NCBI RefSeq assembly: GCF_009914755.1
Contig: NC_060947.1
Direction: 5' to 3' (one strand)
DNA from: the human T2T-CHM13v2.0 reference genome, Homo sapiens
Length of the DNA: 64,000 nucleotides
The notes below the pieces were generated by a model, which saw only the letters and a list, made by a program, of their open reading frames with translations, was not told the DNA's origin and did not search any database. The translations under genes were made by a program, and so were the position numbers. The number at the start of each line of letters is the position of its first letter. Position 1 is the stretch's first letter. Of the stretch, positions 1 through 15,544 are shown piece after piece.

Positions 1-320
1 GCAGAGATCTGATATTCAGGGTAGTTTTCCAAGTTACAACTTGAAAGAAAATGTTCCTCAACTCTGCCAAATCACTTATTTCACCATTCTTGGTTTATGA
101 ATCAAATTGTCATTAATTAATGAACACCAACACCACCCCATGAACCCCTTTCAGATAGAGTAGGAGTGTATTTAATTGAAGGTCAGTAACTTGGCCAAAC
201 AAGAGTGCCATCTAAGCTGAACAGAGCCAGCCATTCTGGTTTCCCTTGAGGTATCTTTTATGAGCTATACTACAGTCAGTCATCTGGATCCTTGCTATCT
301 CTTAGAAATCCCCCGAGAAT

Positions 321-597
321 GGTTGGGCATGGTGGCTCACGTCTGTAATCCCAGCACTTTGGGAGGCAGAGGCAGGTGGATCACTTGAGGTCAGAAGTTT
401 GAGACCCCTGGACAACAAGGGAAAATGCCATCTCTACTAAAAATACAAAAATTAGCCAGGCATAGTGGTGCACACCTGTGGTCCCAGCTATTTGGGAGAC
501 TGAGGCATGAGAATCACTTGAACCTGGGAGGCAGAGGTTTCAGTGAGCTGAGATCACACCACTGCACTCCAGCCTGGGCAACAGAGCAAGACTCCAT
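321..597 (+). mobile_element. Alu (AluS-like), poly(A) tail missing
   Basis: GGTTGGGCATGGTGGCTCAC...CACTCCAGCCTGGGCAACAGAGCAAGACTCCAT, directly abutting a THE1 LTR. Confidence 0.95.
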
Positions 598-967
598 ATT
601 AGTCTGTTCTCATGCTGGTAATAAAGATATACCTGAGACTATAAAGATATACCTGAGACTGGGTAATTTATAAAGGAAAGAGGTTTAATGGACTCACAGT
701 TCCATGTGTCTGGGTAGGCCTCACAATCATGGTGGAAGGCAAGGAGGAGCAAAGGCATGTTTTACATGGTGGCAGGCAAGAGAGCTTGTGCAGGGAAACT
801 CCCACTTATAAATCCATCAGGTCTCATGAGACTCATTCACTACCATGAGAACAGTATGGGGGAAACCACCCCCATGATTTAATTATCTCCACCTGGCCCC
901 GCTCTTGACACATGGGGATTTACAATTCAAGGTGAGATTTGGGTGGGCACACAGACAAACCATATCA
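596..967 (-). mobile_element. THE1-type MaLR solo LTR
   Basis: Minus strand starts TGATATGGTTTG.CTGTG..CCACCCAAATCTCA and ends CAGACTAATA. Confidence 0.9.
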
Positions 968-1001
968 CCTGGATTTGTCTCTGCTCAAATAAAAGCCAGG
1001 A

Positions 1002-1002
<1 letters not shown>

Positions 1003-1047
<45 letters not shown>
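1003..1047. repeat. (TG)22 microsatellite
   Basis: Perfect dinucleotide run. Confidence 0.98.
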
Positions 1048-1049
<2 letters not shown>

Positions 1050-1709
1050 TTTCATAAATGGGTATTTAATATGTATATATATGTTTAATATATATGTAAA
1101 TGTGTTTTAAATATATATTTTTAAATAAATGAGTTTTTAATTCAAAAAAATATAAACATTACAAATGACATTGTTGATCTATTTGATCTGAGATGGGGGC
1201 TCCTTTGCTAGAGTAGTTTCCTTCCATTCGTTGTCAAAACATTACCTTCATAAGGCACCATGACTTATTCTCGAGTACTAACTAAAATTGTTCATAGCTT
1301 TGTAAACAACAAAGCCACAGGCAGAATAGGTATGGTCACCAAGCCCACAAGGTTCTTAGATCTCATAGCTACCGAACTTTAGGAAAATCCTCATGGGAGT
1401 TACTTCAGCCAGTTTCAACTCCTTAACAGGTGACACATCACCTACATCTGAAAAGAGCAGTCTGCCAAGGGAGTTAAGCAAAGATAAGGAAAGTTTATAA
1501 TAAATGGCTCAATTTATTCTACAGGGAAGACCTTAAAAATATAATGCAAAATCTGATTTTGTCCTGGATGTGTTTGTAAGTTGGACATGACATTTCTACA
1601 TAAGTAGGAAAGAAAAAATACCTCAATTTCTTTATTATTTCACACATTTCAATAACATATTCTATCTGATTAAATCCTTACAACGATGAGAAGATTTTAT
1701 AATCTTATA

Positions 1710-2240
1710 ATTACAATCACTATCACTACCACTACAACTACCATATTATGACTATCATCACTATCATTGTCTTCATCATCACCACCATCATCACCATCAC
1801 CATTATCATCATCACCATCATCATCACCATCACCACCATCATTATCAACATCACCATCATCATCATCATCCACATCATCACTATCATCCAACACCACCAT
1901 CATCCATCACCATCATCCTCATCACCACCATCATTATTATTATCATCACCACCATCAATACAATCATCATCATTACCATCATCACCACTATCATCATCAT
2001 CATCTTTGCCATCATTATCATAATCATCACCACCATCACATCACTATTATCATCACCATCATCATCACCATTATCACCATCATCATCATCATCCCAATAA
2101 TTATCAGCATCATCAGCATCATCCCCATCACTATCATCATCACCATCGCCATCATCCCCACTTACATCACCATCGTTATCATCATCACCATCACCATCAC
2201 TATCATCATTGCTATCATCAACACTATCATCATCATCCCT
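1710..2240. repeat. Degenerate (CAT/CAC)n trinucleotide repeat
   Basis: ~530 bp of ATC/ACC/ATT triplets; source of the poly-His, poly-Asp and poly-Ile ORFs. Confidence 0.95.
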
Positions 2241-2296
2241 CACAATGTCTTGCATGACGATCCAGAGATTTCCTTCATATTAAGAGACACAATGTC

Positions 2297-2826
2297 TGTA
2301 GTCAGCAGAATAATGGCCCTCCAAAGGTGGCTCTCATGAAACCTGTGAATATTTGACTTTATCTGGCAAACAGGACATTGTAAATGTGATTAAGGACTTT
2401 GAGATGGGGTGTTTCATCCAGATAGACCAAATGTCATTACATGAGTTTTTCAAGGTGAAAATATGCAGTTAAGGAGGACTCCTAGTTATATGACCTGAGA
2501 AGGATGAATGCACCATTAATGGATTTTAGGAGGAAGAGGGGACCACTTGCCCAGAAAGGTTGGCAGGCTCTAGAATCTGGGGATAACTTAACTGACAGCT
2601 GGCAAGAAAATTGGGTGTTAATCTGCCAACAACTTGAATTAACTTAAAAACAAATTCTTTGCAAGAGCTTCTGGAAAAGAACACAGCCTCCCAAGACATT
2701 GATTTTTGCCCAGAGAAACTTGTGTTGGATTTCTAATCTAGAGAACTGCCAGATTCTAAATGGATCACCTTTTGAGCAACTAAATTAGTGGCGATTTTTT
2801 ACAGCAGCAATAGGGAAAATGCAATA
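2297..2826 (+). mobile_element. MLT1 (MLT1D/E-like) MaLR LTR
   Basis: TGTAGTCAGCAGAATAATGGCCCTCCAAAG start, GTGATTAAGGACTTTGAGATGGGG, ACAGCAGCAATAGG end. Confidence 0.8.
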
Positions 2827-3199
2827 GCCTGGAAGGAGAACACTTAAGTATGAAAGTATTAAAAATATTCTACGTAGCTGGGGAAAAATTCAGTTAGACA
2901 TGGTAGGGAAAAGATAGGTAGTCTGTATTTAATTGAAAGGTACTAATGAACAAAGACAATAAATTAAATAAAGAGGTACACTCTTAATTGAACACTTGTT
3001 GGTGTAGCATCCTGTCAGGATGCTGAAAAAAGGAAGAGGTACTGGTATCCTAGTGGTCAGTCCCTAGCTTGTAGCTCTGAGCCTGATTTCAAGAATTCTC
3101 CAGGACACTGAGAAGAACTAAAGAAAACGCAACACGTTATTTTGGGTAAAAACCCACAAAAAAGTGAAACATTTTGTTCAACAATGAGAAAATAATTTA

Positions 3200-3460
3200 A
3201 AAATTCAGAAACATTTTCTTCAAAGACAAAAAAGTAATTAAAATGAAAACAAAAGTATTGGAAAGATTTTATGGTGGTGACAAGGGATGGATGAAATATT
3301 AATAAAAACAGTGCAGTGGTGATGATTTGTGAAACAGGCAATATGTGCTTGGGGAATAATTTATTACTGGATGGTACTGCTGGTGGCTTCATTCTTCAAC
3401 TCCTCTAGTTACACACTGGGATTTTTATTGTATATAAATTTATATATACAATAAAGCAAA
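3200..3460 (+). mobile_element. Ancient L1M 3' end fragment
   Basis: TTTTATTGTATATAAATTTATA..CAATAAAG resembles an old L1 3' terminus. Confidence 0.4.
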
Positions 3461-3835
3461 GAGTTGATAAATGATTAGGAGCTTATTTTCAATATGACAC
3501 CATAGACATAACAAGTTGGCAATTTTCACCTTCCAACCATCTACTTGCAACATACGTAACAGAGAGTTGATACAGATGCAATAGACACACAGAGAGAAAC
3601 ATCCATTTTTTTATAGCAAATACACATTTCCATAGAAAATTACGCAAAATACATGATTTTTTTCAGAGAATACAGAATCATGAATAAATAAAATTTGCAA
3701 TTAGAAAATTACAAATTAAAATAATTTTAATTATACATGTCAGTTTGTCAAATATTAATATCACAGAACCCTGGAAGTTGGTAAACTTATGGGGAGTAGG
3801 CACTCCTCAATTACCTTTGATGGAGTTTGAATTTT

Positions 3836-3870
<35 letters not shown>

Positions 3871-3874
3871 CCTT

Positions 3875-4212
<338 letters not shown>

Positions 4213-4565
4213 TTATTAAGAATGCGAATTAAATCCACAATAAAATGCAAATATCACTTCTGTGAGCTATTTTTAAAAGTTCCCAGAAGTTGGTTATATG
4301 GCTGGTAGGAAGACTGAAAGGTGAGTGGATAATTGAAATGCCAAATGTTGAGTTTCCTCTCCAAGGGAGCCCAAACTCTTGAGAGCATGGTGCTGTGTGT
4401 CATTGTTCTATTTTGCTGCCACCACCTAAGGCGTGAGGCCTTTGCTCATGCTCATCTATTTCCTAAATCGTTGTAGGGACCGGCTGCCGAGGAGATGGGT
4501 AAGAAGCTGAGAAATTGTTTTAGTCACATTTACTTACAGATGAGCCTCGGAATTAATCATCTTGA

Positions 4566-4994
<429 letters not shown>

Positions 4995-5199
4995 TAAACA
5001 GGAAATAAACATCCTCCCTTAGATCTCTCATAGAAGCCACTTACTTCCAGTCTGCTTTATACCAGAGCTCCACATTGCCTACTGCGTGGTGAAGCATGCA
5101 CTACGTGGTGAAGCATGCATGCGTGGTGCAAAGCCTCTTGGGTTTGAAGGGCTGAAAGGCAGGATGTGCACCTCTTTGGGAGCAGGTGGAAGGTTGCAT

Positions 5200-5295
5200 T
5201 CATTCTGCTGCACAGCTTCACGATTTTCCCCTTATGCCTTGCAACTGGAATATAGTAGAGACTCAATAAATATTTGACGAAAGAATGAATGAAAG
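5200..5295 (+). mobile_element. L2 3' end fragment
   Basis: ATAGTAGAGACTCAATAAATATTTG..GAATGAATGAA, the typical L2 terminus. Confidence 0.65.
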
Positions 5296-5602
5296 CCAAA
5301 TTTAGATGAAAGCCTGTGCATTTCTAATGACATCTGTCCTTATGGGATACAATTTTATCCAGCTGCTCTGAATTGCTGGAGCAAAGGAGGCTGTAGGCAA
5401 GAAACTTTTATAACAACTTGGCAGCAAGAACATGTACCAACCCCAACAACAAAATATATGTTATCTGTAATATGTTCTGGACTTCCCTCCCTAAATATAG
5501 GTTTAGTCCACATGAAAATGAGTACAAAATTGTTACACTTAGCACTTTCTATATCTACAGCAGGAGAGGGTAAAGCTGGTCGTGTCATGGATTAAAAGAT
5601 AA

Positions 5603-6086
<484 letters not shown>

Positions 6087-6182
6087 TAGAAATACAGGGA
6101 TTGACACACTCACTGGGATAAGCACAATTTTAAAAAATAGAAAATAACAAGTGTTGGCCAGGTTGTGGGGAAATTGAAAGCC

Positions 6183-6680
6183 TTGTTTGTTTTGTTTGTT
6201 TGTTTTGTTTACTTTTTTATTATTATTCTTTAAGTTCTAGGGTACATGTGCACAACGTGCAGGTTTGTTACATATGTATACATGTGCCATGTTGGTGTGC
6301 TGCACCCATTAACTCATCATCTGCCTTAGGTATATCTCCTAATGCTATCCCTCCCCCCTCCCCCCACCCCACGATAGGCCCCTGTGTGTGATGTTCCCCT
6401 TCCTGTGTCCAAGTGTTCTCATTGTTTAATTCCCACCTATGAGTGAGAACATGCGGTGTTTGGTTTTTTGTCCTTGCGATAGTTTGCTGAGAATGATGGT
6501 TTCCATCTTCATCCATGTTCCTACAAAGGACATGAACTCATCCTATTTTATGGCTGCATAGTATTCCACGGTGTATATGTGCCACATTTTCTTAATCCAA
6601 TCTATCATTGATGGACATTTGGGTCGGTTCCAAGTCTTTGCTATTGTGAATAGTGCCGCAATAAACATACGTGTGCATGT
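6183..6680 (-). mobile_element. L1PA 5'-truncated copy (3' UTR plus ORF2 C-terminus)
   Basis: TTAAGTTCTAGGGTACATGTGCACAACGTGCAGG; encodes CTRMFIAALFTIAKTWN..WIKKMWHIYT. Confidence 0.95.
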
Positions 6681-7112
6681 ACTATTGGTGGGATTGTAAA
6701 ATGGTAAAGCTGCTGTGAAAAACAACATGATGGTCCCTAAAAAATATAAAAACAGAACTACCCTATGATTCTGCAACAGCACTTCTGGGTAAATATCCAA
6801 AATAATTGAAAGCAAGGTCTCCAAGAGATATTTGTTCCCATGTTCATAGCAGCATTATTCATAGCAGTGAAAGGGTGGAAGCAAACTAAGTGTCCATTGT
6901 GAATGAATGGATAAACAAAGTATAGCATATACATACAAGGGTTATTATTCAGCCATAGAAGGAAGGAAATCCTAACACAGGCTACAACATGGAGGAACCT
7001 TGAGGCCATTATCCTCAGTGAAATAAGCCAGGCACAAAATGACAAATACTGTTTAATTCAACTTTTGTGAGATCGCAAGAGTAGTCAAATTCATAGAGAC
7101 AGAAAGAAGAAT

Positions 7113-7770
7113 TGTTCCTGGACCAAACTGAGGGTCGGGCTGCTTATTCTTGTGGCCCAGTAATGAGATGCAGATGAACTGGGTAGGAGGAGAGTTTTTA
7201 TTTCTGTAACCGGTTACAGGGAGAAGGCCTGGAAATTATCGCCAGACCAACTCAAAGTTACAAAGTTTTCCAGAGCTTCTATACCTTCTAATCAATATGT
7301 CTACATGTAAGTGTGCATTCATCTAAAGACATAAGTGATGAACTTCTAATCTAGAACTAAGGTCTGAGTCCTGGAGACCTTCCTCTGGAGTCTCAGTAAA
7401 TTGACTTAATCCAAATGGATCCAGGTGCCTGGGGTGATTACCCTTATCTTGTCTCCCGCTAAATTGTGGAAGTTTGGGGCGTTCCTTTAGACCCAGATAA
7501 AGCTTGTTTGTGGAGGTCTGGGGAGTTCCTTCAGACCCTCAGTAAAACTTGTTTAATCCTAAACAGGTCGTGTTAAGAATCCCTTCATTATCTTGTCATG
7601 CTTCAAGGCCCAGGAGAGGCCTGGGCAGAACTCTTGGTGGACTTTTGTTACATTCCAGCCTTTGTATGAGGGTGCTGGCTCTTTCAGCTTTTAATATTTA
7701 ACTTCAACACTCTGTCAGTGCTGAAACAGTTGTTACGGAGGCCTGTGTTTGTGAGACCTGGCCTGCCACA
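7113..7770 (-). mobile_element. ERV solo LTR (family not confidently assigned)
   Basis: TG...CA termini (TGTGGCAGGCCAGG...GGAACA on minus); GAAT duplicated on both sides; splits the L1MB. Confidence 0.85.
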
Positions 7771-8091
7771 GAATGGTGGTTGCCAGGGGCTGGGGAAGGG
7801 AGAAATAGTGAGTGAGTGTTTAATGGGGACAGAGCTTTAGTTTGGGTAGAAGAAACTATTCTGAGGATGAATCGTCATGACGCTGCCACAACATGAATAA
7901 CATATTTAATATCACTTAACTGTACACTAACAAATGAATGCGATGGTATGTTATGTGTATGTTCTTATCATATACATTTGGAAAAAATTTATAGTACAGA
8001 CCTTCACAATAACAGGTCATGGAAAGTCAGCCCTAAAATAAATTACTTTGTAAAGTAAATTTTTAAATTAAAATTAATTTTTAATTTAAAA

Positions 8092-8547
8092 TTTTTTTTT
8101 TTTCATTTATTTTTATTTTATTTTATTTTATTTTTTTTATTATACTCTAAGTTTTAGGGTACATGTGCACATTGTGCAGGTTAGTTACATATGTATACAT
8201 GTGCCATGCTGGTGCGCTGCACCCACTAACTCGTCATCTAGCATTAGGTATATCTCCCAATACTATCCCTCCCCCCTCCCCCGACCCCACCACAGTCCCC
8301 AGAGTGTGATATTCCCCTTCCTGTGTCCATGTGATCTCATTGTTCAATTCCCACCTATCAGTGAGAATATGCGGTGTTTGGTTTTTTGTTCTTGCGATAG
8401 TTTACTGAGAATGATGGTTTCCAATTTCATCCATGTCCCTACAAAGGATATGAACTCATCATTTTTTATGGCTGCATAGTATTCCATGGTGTATATGTGC
8501 CACATTTTCTTAATCCAGTCTATCATTGTTGGACATTTGGGTTGGTT
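8092..8547 (-). mobile_element. Very young L1 (L1HS/L1PA2-like), 5'-truncated
   Basis: Minus strand: GGGGAATATCACACTCTGGGGACTGTGGTGGGGTCGG...CCCTAAAACTTAGAGTATAAT followed by an A-rich tail. Confidence 0.95.
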
Positions 8548-9202
8548 AATTAAAAAATGAAAGGGCTGAATATATGATACTGAAAACATGTGTTTTCACC
8601 AAAGTCTGATTTTGCTCAGCATAAGAATTAAAAGTATAAAAATATATAAGTATCAAAGTATGTAAGTATAAAAGTGTACTTATTATAGTATACTTTGCAA
8701 TAAGCATATCATCTCTAAAACAGGAGGGTAACCAACCTACTATAAAAACAAAACAAATCCAGAAACAACAGCTACAGCAACAATAGTGTGCAAAATAGAA
8801 GAGGCAGAACAAAGATTATAAAGGAATTTCTATTTGTTCAGAAGCAGCTTTGGAAAAAAGATTGCCAATTTTATGGTGGGGGAAATCGGGTTGAAGAATA
8901 TAAGTGACCACTTGATTTGTGAACATTTGTAGGGACATATATGGGCTGCCAGTTGTTATGAGTGTGTTTATTTATGATCGCTGGTCACCTCGTTTCATCG
9001 TATCTTTGTTCATGTTTGCATTTAGAGCTTGGCTTCTCACAGCTCTGTTATGTCTCTATACCTAACACAGGAGAGGCGATGTGATCAGTGCTGTTATGAT
9101 TCTGTGCCAAGGAGTGCCGTCTGAACAGAGCCTTCCCATGTAGGGATATGACACAAGTCAGTCTAGTTCCACTCCTTTTTCATTGAGAAGAGTTACATTT
9201 AA

Positions 9203-9588
<386 letters not shown>

Positions 9589-9961
9589 TAACCTACTGAG
9601 AAGAAAGACTTTAAAGTTCTGAAAAGCGATGTCAATGTAGTGCAGCTGGGAGGAGCACAGGCACTGGCCTCCACATTCTGACTCCACTCTAACAATCCTA
9701 TACTTCTGTGAACTCTATACGGATTAAGCTACATACAGTAATAGTGCCCACTTCCAGCAGAGATCATGGCAATTAAAGGGAAACATGCATGCAAAGTGTG
9801 TCCCAAAGAGCCCACCATGAAGGAAGAACACATCCACACCGTAGCTGCTTCACCTTTCTGAACAGGTCATGTGATATTTCATGTAGATGTGCAAACACTT
9901 GAATATTTTTTCTCGTACTTTCAAAGTATCTTCAGTTGACAATGAGGTAATTCTAGTGTAA

Positions 9962-9964
<3 letters not shown>

Positions 9965-9995
<31 letters not shown>
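9965..9995. repeat. (TG)n microsatellite
   Basis: Perfect run. Confidence 0.95.
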
Positions 9996-9996
<1 letters not shown>

Positions 9997-10099
9997 TATA
10001 TCAGCATTGTAAACACATGGACAACTATTAGTGATAATGCTGCAGATAATTATTTTTCAGTCTTACAAAATATACAGAATATCAACTATCAATTCCACA

Positions 10100-10780
10100 T
10101 CTTCTCTACTTTCCAAGCCTTCTTCATCTCATTTCAATCTAATCCCCTCCTAAAGGGCAACCAACAACATAGATTTGGTGTGGATTCTTCCCATTCAGGT
10201 ATTACGGTTTTATAACAAAGCTGTATATCCCCAAGTGATGCAGACCTTAAAAACTTTATATAAACTATATACTATGGGTATGGGGCGGTTTTGCAACTTT
10301 TTACTCAATGTATTTTACATCTATCAGTGTTACTATAGTATATATTGTCCATTATTTCAACTGCTGGATTTTATTGCGTTGCATTGCACATTCTGCTCTG
10401 GGTGAAAATTTTGATTGCTTTTACTCTTTATAATATATCAACACAGTTGTCATGAATGAACCTCATCTTATTTATCCACTTGGCACACCATGAGTAAGAC
10501 TGCCTTTAGGTTACATGCCTAGAACCAAAATTGCAGACTGTTATGATGTATGTTATCCATTTTCAATGTTAGAGGAGGCGTGCATGTTTTAAATAATTTT
10601 CACTTCCATTGGCAGGTTGTAAGTGATCCCCTTGATGTTAACAATTTTTGGTGCTATTACCACAGAGGTCATACTTTGTCCTTCTCAGGTCATCTCATTG
10701 CTACAATTTTAACCCTTGGTTACTTGATTAAGTTCCTTATTGGGTTTCTTCTCTTTGTTAAGTATACATAATTAGACAGT
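10100..10780 (-). mobile_element. Ancient L1M fragment
   Basis: Degenerate ATGCCTAGAA..AATTGCAG and TTTCACTTCCATTGGCAG, resembling antisense L1 3' region. Confidence 0.45.
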
Positions 10781-12010
10781 GTTAATCTCTTCTTTCCACT
10801 AAGTACTATAACACTCTGTAAATTGAGATTTATAGAATCATGGGCAAATGTCTCTTCCTTTCATTTCATTTTATAGCAATCATCATTCTTCACAGTAAAA
10901 ATTGTTGTGATGTATCTCCACGCAGAAATGAGAGAAATGTATTAAGTCTCAGAGCACTTCAAAGATAGGAATGGCTAGTTCTTACCTATAATGTTTTCTG
11001 ACTTCAGCAAAGTCACCACAACATGAGCAAATGAAAAATGTGAAGAAATTCCACTGAACAGTCTGTGACCTTGGTTAGCACATGCTCCTCTTAATTTTGT
11101 GCTTTAATTCACTATCCAAACATCTCTATTTGTGATGTTTCTTTCCAATATAGCTGTTAAAAACAAAAGCAAATGCAAAGGTTTTCTTACTTTAATTATT
11201 TGTTATATCTGCTCTTTTTTCTGTGCCTTTAGTACATATTATTCCTTTGTTTGATATCTTAAGGTGATATAATTACTATTTTTGTTATTTTTACTTTTAA
11301 GGAGAAAATAAAATACTTAATTACATACCCATTTTTTTCCTACTTACAGGACCTTGTCAAAGATTCCTGCTTGAGCAACTGTTTCTTTTTAATGAAGTAA
11401 TGTGATCTTTATCAAAAACGCTTGAAAACACGTCCACTAAAATTCCTGCTCTTGGTGGACGTTGGAGATGTGTAAAGAGTCCAGTGTTTAGGAACTTAAC
11501 TCTGACCAGGATAAAGTGAATGTTGGAGAGTGAATACAAATGAGAGTTAGATAGAAGTTTATTTAAAAAAAAATCCTAACAAAATAGAGCATCATTACTA
11601 GAATGTATCCAATCTTAAAATATTTACCAGCATAATTAAACGTATGCACTCATTATTATGTGACATATTGTGCAATAGGGAATTGAAGGCTCTGAGTTAG
11701 AGTAAGGTCACAAGGAAGCCAGTTTATTTGCAAATGGGAATTTGAGAGTGTGACCCTATAACTAAGGAAGGAATGGGGCTGGTGGAGTGAAGAGCAAAGA
11801 CAGATGAGCAAATTCAACTTCTTAGAGGCCCTATTTCTGCCCTCCTAGCCTGTCATGCCTTTAAAATAGCATGTCTATTTAGATTTGCCCTTTCCTGTTT
11901 TCTACGCCTATTTAATAGAGGAGGTCGGGGAATCTTCTAAACTGCTTATCACCTGGGAATTAGCTCGGATGTCTGATACCTTCAGGCCATGAATATATAA
12001 TTAAATCAGT

Positions 12011-13027
<1,017 letters not shown>

Positions 13028-14125
13028 AGTGCCATTGAACAGGGACAATGCCACGAGGCTGTGAATCATATAATAACCAAGTTTCAGAAATCCATGTGTC
13101 TTTCTAATACTCATGCCGTGACTAAATTGGGAGAGAAGAGAGGGAATCATAGACTCCAGAAATAATTGCTTCATTGCCTCTTTAAAGGACTGTACATGGC
13201 TGATGCTCAAACAGCTTATTCAATATCTCAAACATCTCTCTAAGTCTGCAACATATCAAGCGTGACTACTTAGCCATACAGTCGGCTCAGAAAACAAATC
13301 CCTGCCTTCTTAATCTAAAACCAATTGCAAATAATGGCCCTTCATTTCTGTTCTTCCTTGAAGCTCTTCTCCCTATTAAGTAACCTTAATTGCTCCCTTT
13401 TACTCTCGTTATCTGTGCTAAATTGAGGTTTCTATTGCAGAAGTTAGAGACTTTTACTTGCACGGATCTAAGTACAATCACAGGCTGTGAAAATCTTCAA
13501 AGCAGGAAACTTGGTTTACTCATTTGTCTTAATTCAGTACAAGCCAAGGATTCTTTCCAGTCATATGAACTCTATTGTTGTTCGAATTAGCATTATTAGC
13601 AATTATTTTCAACTAACATATCACTGTTAGAATAGTCCTTAATTGTAAGAAGAAAATGACCCAGTTAGCAGTAACATTTAGAAAAGCACCATTTCAACAT
13701 AATTCACCTTCTGGGCATTGGTAACTCTACTCTGGCAGACAATCACTCCCATAGCACTCTTCTGTTCTTTTATTTTTGTGGTCAAAGTGACAATAGCATT
13801 CATATTATCCCATGTTATTTTTGCACCATAAAAATTTAATTCAGAATTAAAGAGAACATAATCTCTATATGGAATAATATTTTTATGGGCAACTTAGGGG
13901 AAAAAAGTCTTATGCATACATGCACATGTACATATATAAATATATGTTCATGTATAGATCCACGTACATGTATATATGCATGTATATATCTATACATAGG
14001 AATCACAAAATCACCTTTTAAAAAATATAAACATGAATTGATTCTCTGGAGAAACTCCTGCTTCCAAATCTTTTTCTCTATTCTGCCAATGCAAATAACC
14101 AAATACAATCCAAGCTGTCCTCTTC

Positions 14126-14925
14126 TTTTTATTATTTTTATTTTTATTTCAATAGGTTTTTGGGGAACAGATGGTGTTTGGTTACATAAATAAGTTCTTT
14201 AGTGGTGATTTCTGAGATTTTGGTGCCCCCGTCACCTGAGCAGTGTACACTGTACCCGATGTTTATTCTTTTATCCCTCACCCCATCCCACCCTTTCCCC
14301 CAAGTCCCTGAAGTCCATTATTTTATTCTTATGCCTTTGCGTTCTCATAGCGTAGCTCCCAATTATGAGTGAGAACATACATGTTTGATTTTCCATTCCT
14401 GAGTTACTTCACTAAGAAAAATGGTCCCCAGTTCCATCCAGGTTGCTGCAGATGCCATTATTTCATTCCTTTTTATGGCTGAGTAGTATTCCATGAAATA
14501 TACATATCACATTTTCTTTATCCACTTGTTGATTGATGGGCATTTGGGCTGGTTCCATATATTTGCAATTACGAATTGTGCTGCTATAAATATGTGTGTG
14601 CGAGTATCTTTTCCATATAATGACTTCTTTTCCTTTGGGTAGATACCCAGGAGAGGGATTACTGGATTAAATGGTAGATACCCAGGAGTGGGATTACTGG
14701 ATTAAATGGTAGATCTACTTTTAGTGATTTAAGGAAACTCCACACTGTTTCCCACAGTGATTGTAGTAGTTGACATTCCTACCAACTATAAAAGTGTTCC
14801 CTTTTCACCACGTCCATGCCAACATCTATTATTTTTTGATTTTTTGATTATGGCCATTCTTGCAGGAGTGAGGTAGTATCAGATTGTGGTTTTGGTTTGC
14901 ATTTCCCTGATCATTAGTGATGTTG
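14126..14925 (-). mobile_element. L1PB-like 3' end
   Basis: TTTCAATAGGTTTTTGGGGAACAG.TGGTGTTTGGTTACAT; TSD CAAGCTGTCCTCTTCTT / CAAGTTCTCCTCTTCTT. Confidence 0.9.
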
Positions 14926-15544
14926 CAAGTTCTCCTCTTCTTCATGCAGGGCATATATTTAAATGTCTTCTTTCATTTTCTTTAACACATTTTTACTTTC
15001 TTTTTAGCAAGGTTGCATCAAATATAGCCCTCTACTTTTAAGGGGAAAAAATGACCTGCAATTGTGAAAAATCTCAACCTCTATAAAAGCTAAACATTTG
15101 AACATATATTTCAAAGTTTTTTTTTTAATCTTGGAACATATGACTAAGACAAACCACATTAACACATTAAATCCAATTCCTCCCTGAATTCCAAAAAGCA
15201 ATTCTTACATTCTTATATTCTGTATATTCCATCACTTTTTTTTGCTGGAGTGAGATGCAGGAATTCAAGGAGAATCAAATGCAAAGAGGGTGATTCAAAG
15301 GGACATGATGAATAAGATGCAGTGATAGCAATCATAGATTTCTGAAACTAGAAGAAACAATCATAGTCATTTTATTTCTCCTTATTCTAATGGATAAGTA
15401 GTTTATTTACAAACAGAAGCATTCTGCTTTGATAGTAAAGAGTCATGCCAGGGTTGATGAGAGGCTGAACTGGAAAATGAGAAAAAACAACTTGTGGGTG
15501 ACTCAAAGCCTTCATAGTTTTAAAAAATCATTGTGTGTAAACTA

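Larger units (their letters stand above)
6100..7975 (+). mobile_element. L1MB-like 3' end interrupted by an L1PA and a solo LTR
   Basis: AAAATAACAAGTGTTGGC...; TCATAGCAGCATTATTCATA; GTAGTCAAATTCATAGAGACAGAAAG..GAATGGTGGTTGCCAGGGG. Confidence 0.85.

Noticed and set aside
1697-2339. Poly-His, poly-Asp and poly-Ile/Thr ORFs on both strands
   Set aside because: All arise from a stop-poor (CAT)n repeat read in different frames; no splice or domain support
11330-11402. Acceptor-like TTTTTTTCCTACTTACAG followed by a weak donor GAA/GTAAT
   Set aside because: An isolated motif with no partner exons or coding signal; such sites are common by chance
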